A stretch of 64,000 bases of DNA from Octopus sinensis. Lineage: Eukaryota. The position numbers and the translations under genes are program-made. The notes under the pieces are model-generated. The model did no database searches, was not told the DNA's origin, and worked only from the letters and a program-made list of their open reading frames with translations. Position 1 is the first letter of the stretch, and every line of letters starts with the position of its first letter. The stretch is taken from positions 92,008,001 through 92,072,000 of the forward strand of contig NC_043003.1 in NCBI RefSeq assembly GCF_006345805.1. The letters run 5' to 3'. Of this stretch, positions 63,061-64,000 are shown one piece after another.

Positions 63061-64000
63061 GGGTACCCAAAAGTAACCGGAAACGTTCTCTGTGGGACAA
63101 GCTCATTGTAGTTCAGGCTTCCGCCGCTAGAAGCCTTTTGATACGATCCTCAGGTATCAGTCTGCCGACGAGCGTTGTTCGCAAAGATTGTACAAAAAAA
63201 ACACCCCCCAAAAAACATAAAACAAAAGAAAAAAAACAACAAAAAAAAACAAAAAACCTCAAACAAACAAGCAAGAGACAGAGACGGGTGAGGGGACAAT
63301 AAATAAGGTGTATTAGTTTGACGCTCATGAAAAATGGAAGAGTCTTTGACGTTTCGAGTCTTTGCTCTTCTACAAAAAATAATGAGGAGAGAAAACAGAT
63401 GGAGAGAGAGGAAAAAAAGGAGGGAAGAAAGGTGTTCAGATTAACGGTTGCAGATAGTGCAGGCAGAGCTGTGTAACCACACAGCTCGGATCCTAACTAT
63501 AGTTTCGGGTTCATACCTCAAGTGTTTTCTGTTACTGCTCCGGGCTTACCAAAACCTTTTGAGTGGATTTGGTTGGCCAAATCCATCGTATATGTATTTG
63601 TGAGTGTGTGCGCGCGCGTGTATGTTTATGTATGTTCTTGCACGGGTGTGCGTGTGCGCATGTGTGTGTTAGTATCTTCTTGTTTTGACATCGTACCATA
63701 GTTATAAATGAGTGCAATTGTCAAACAAGTAGTGCCATCCATTTTCCAATATTCTTCGAAAAAAAAATGGCTGGCCATAGGGATATATTTCTTCGCTTGG
63801 AAACAAATGAGGATTGGCGACAGGAAGGGCATCCAACCGAAGAAAATTTGCTCCAATAAACTCCGGTCGACTCATGCAAGCATAACAAAATGGGCATTAA
63901 ACCGATGATGATGTTGATGATGGGGATGAGGTTGATGATGATGATAATGATGATGCACACATACTCACACGCGCCCATGCATATATACATAGATTGTTAC

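Overview
Eukaryotic, AT-rich, microsatellite- and transposon-dense DNA, not prokaryotic. The SINE families, (ATT)n/(TA)n/(CA)n load and single-exon C2H2 zinc-finger gene suggest a mollusc, most likely an octopod cephalopod (inference from recalled repeat families, not a database result). Two host genes are supported and they converge. One is a + strand 10-finger C2H2 zinc-finger gene (CDS 45373-46593, probably with distant 5'UTR exons). The other is a - strand spliced gene missed by the ORF track, encoding an 83-aa secreted prepropeptide (signal peptide, RR, four Cys, KRK; coding exons 56608-56514 and 54313-54157). The rest is mostly nested mobile DNA: an L1/Tx1 LINE block in an (ATT)n hotspot, mariner/Tc1 copies, hAT-Buster, Chapaev3-like and RTE/CR1 fossils, a Rep-deleted Helitron with its mini-derivative, Penelope-like elements with hammerhead-like motifs, several MITEs with clear TIR/TSD, many tRNA-type SINEs and a 5S rRNA fragment. 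Coordinates were counted by hand and fossil boundaries are approximate.
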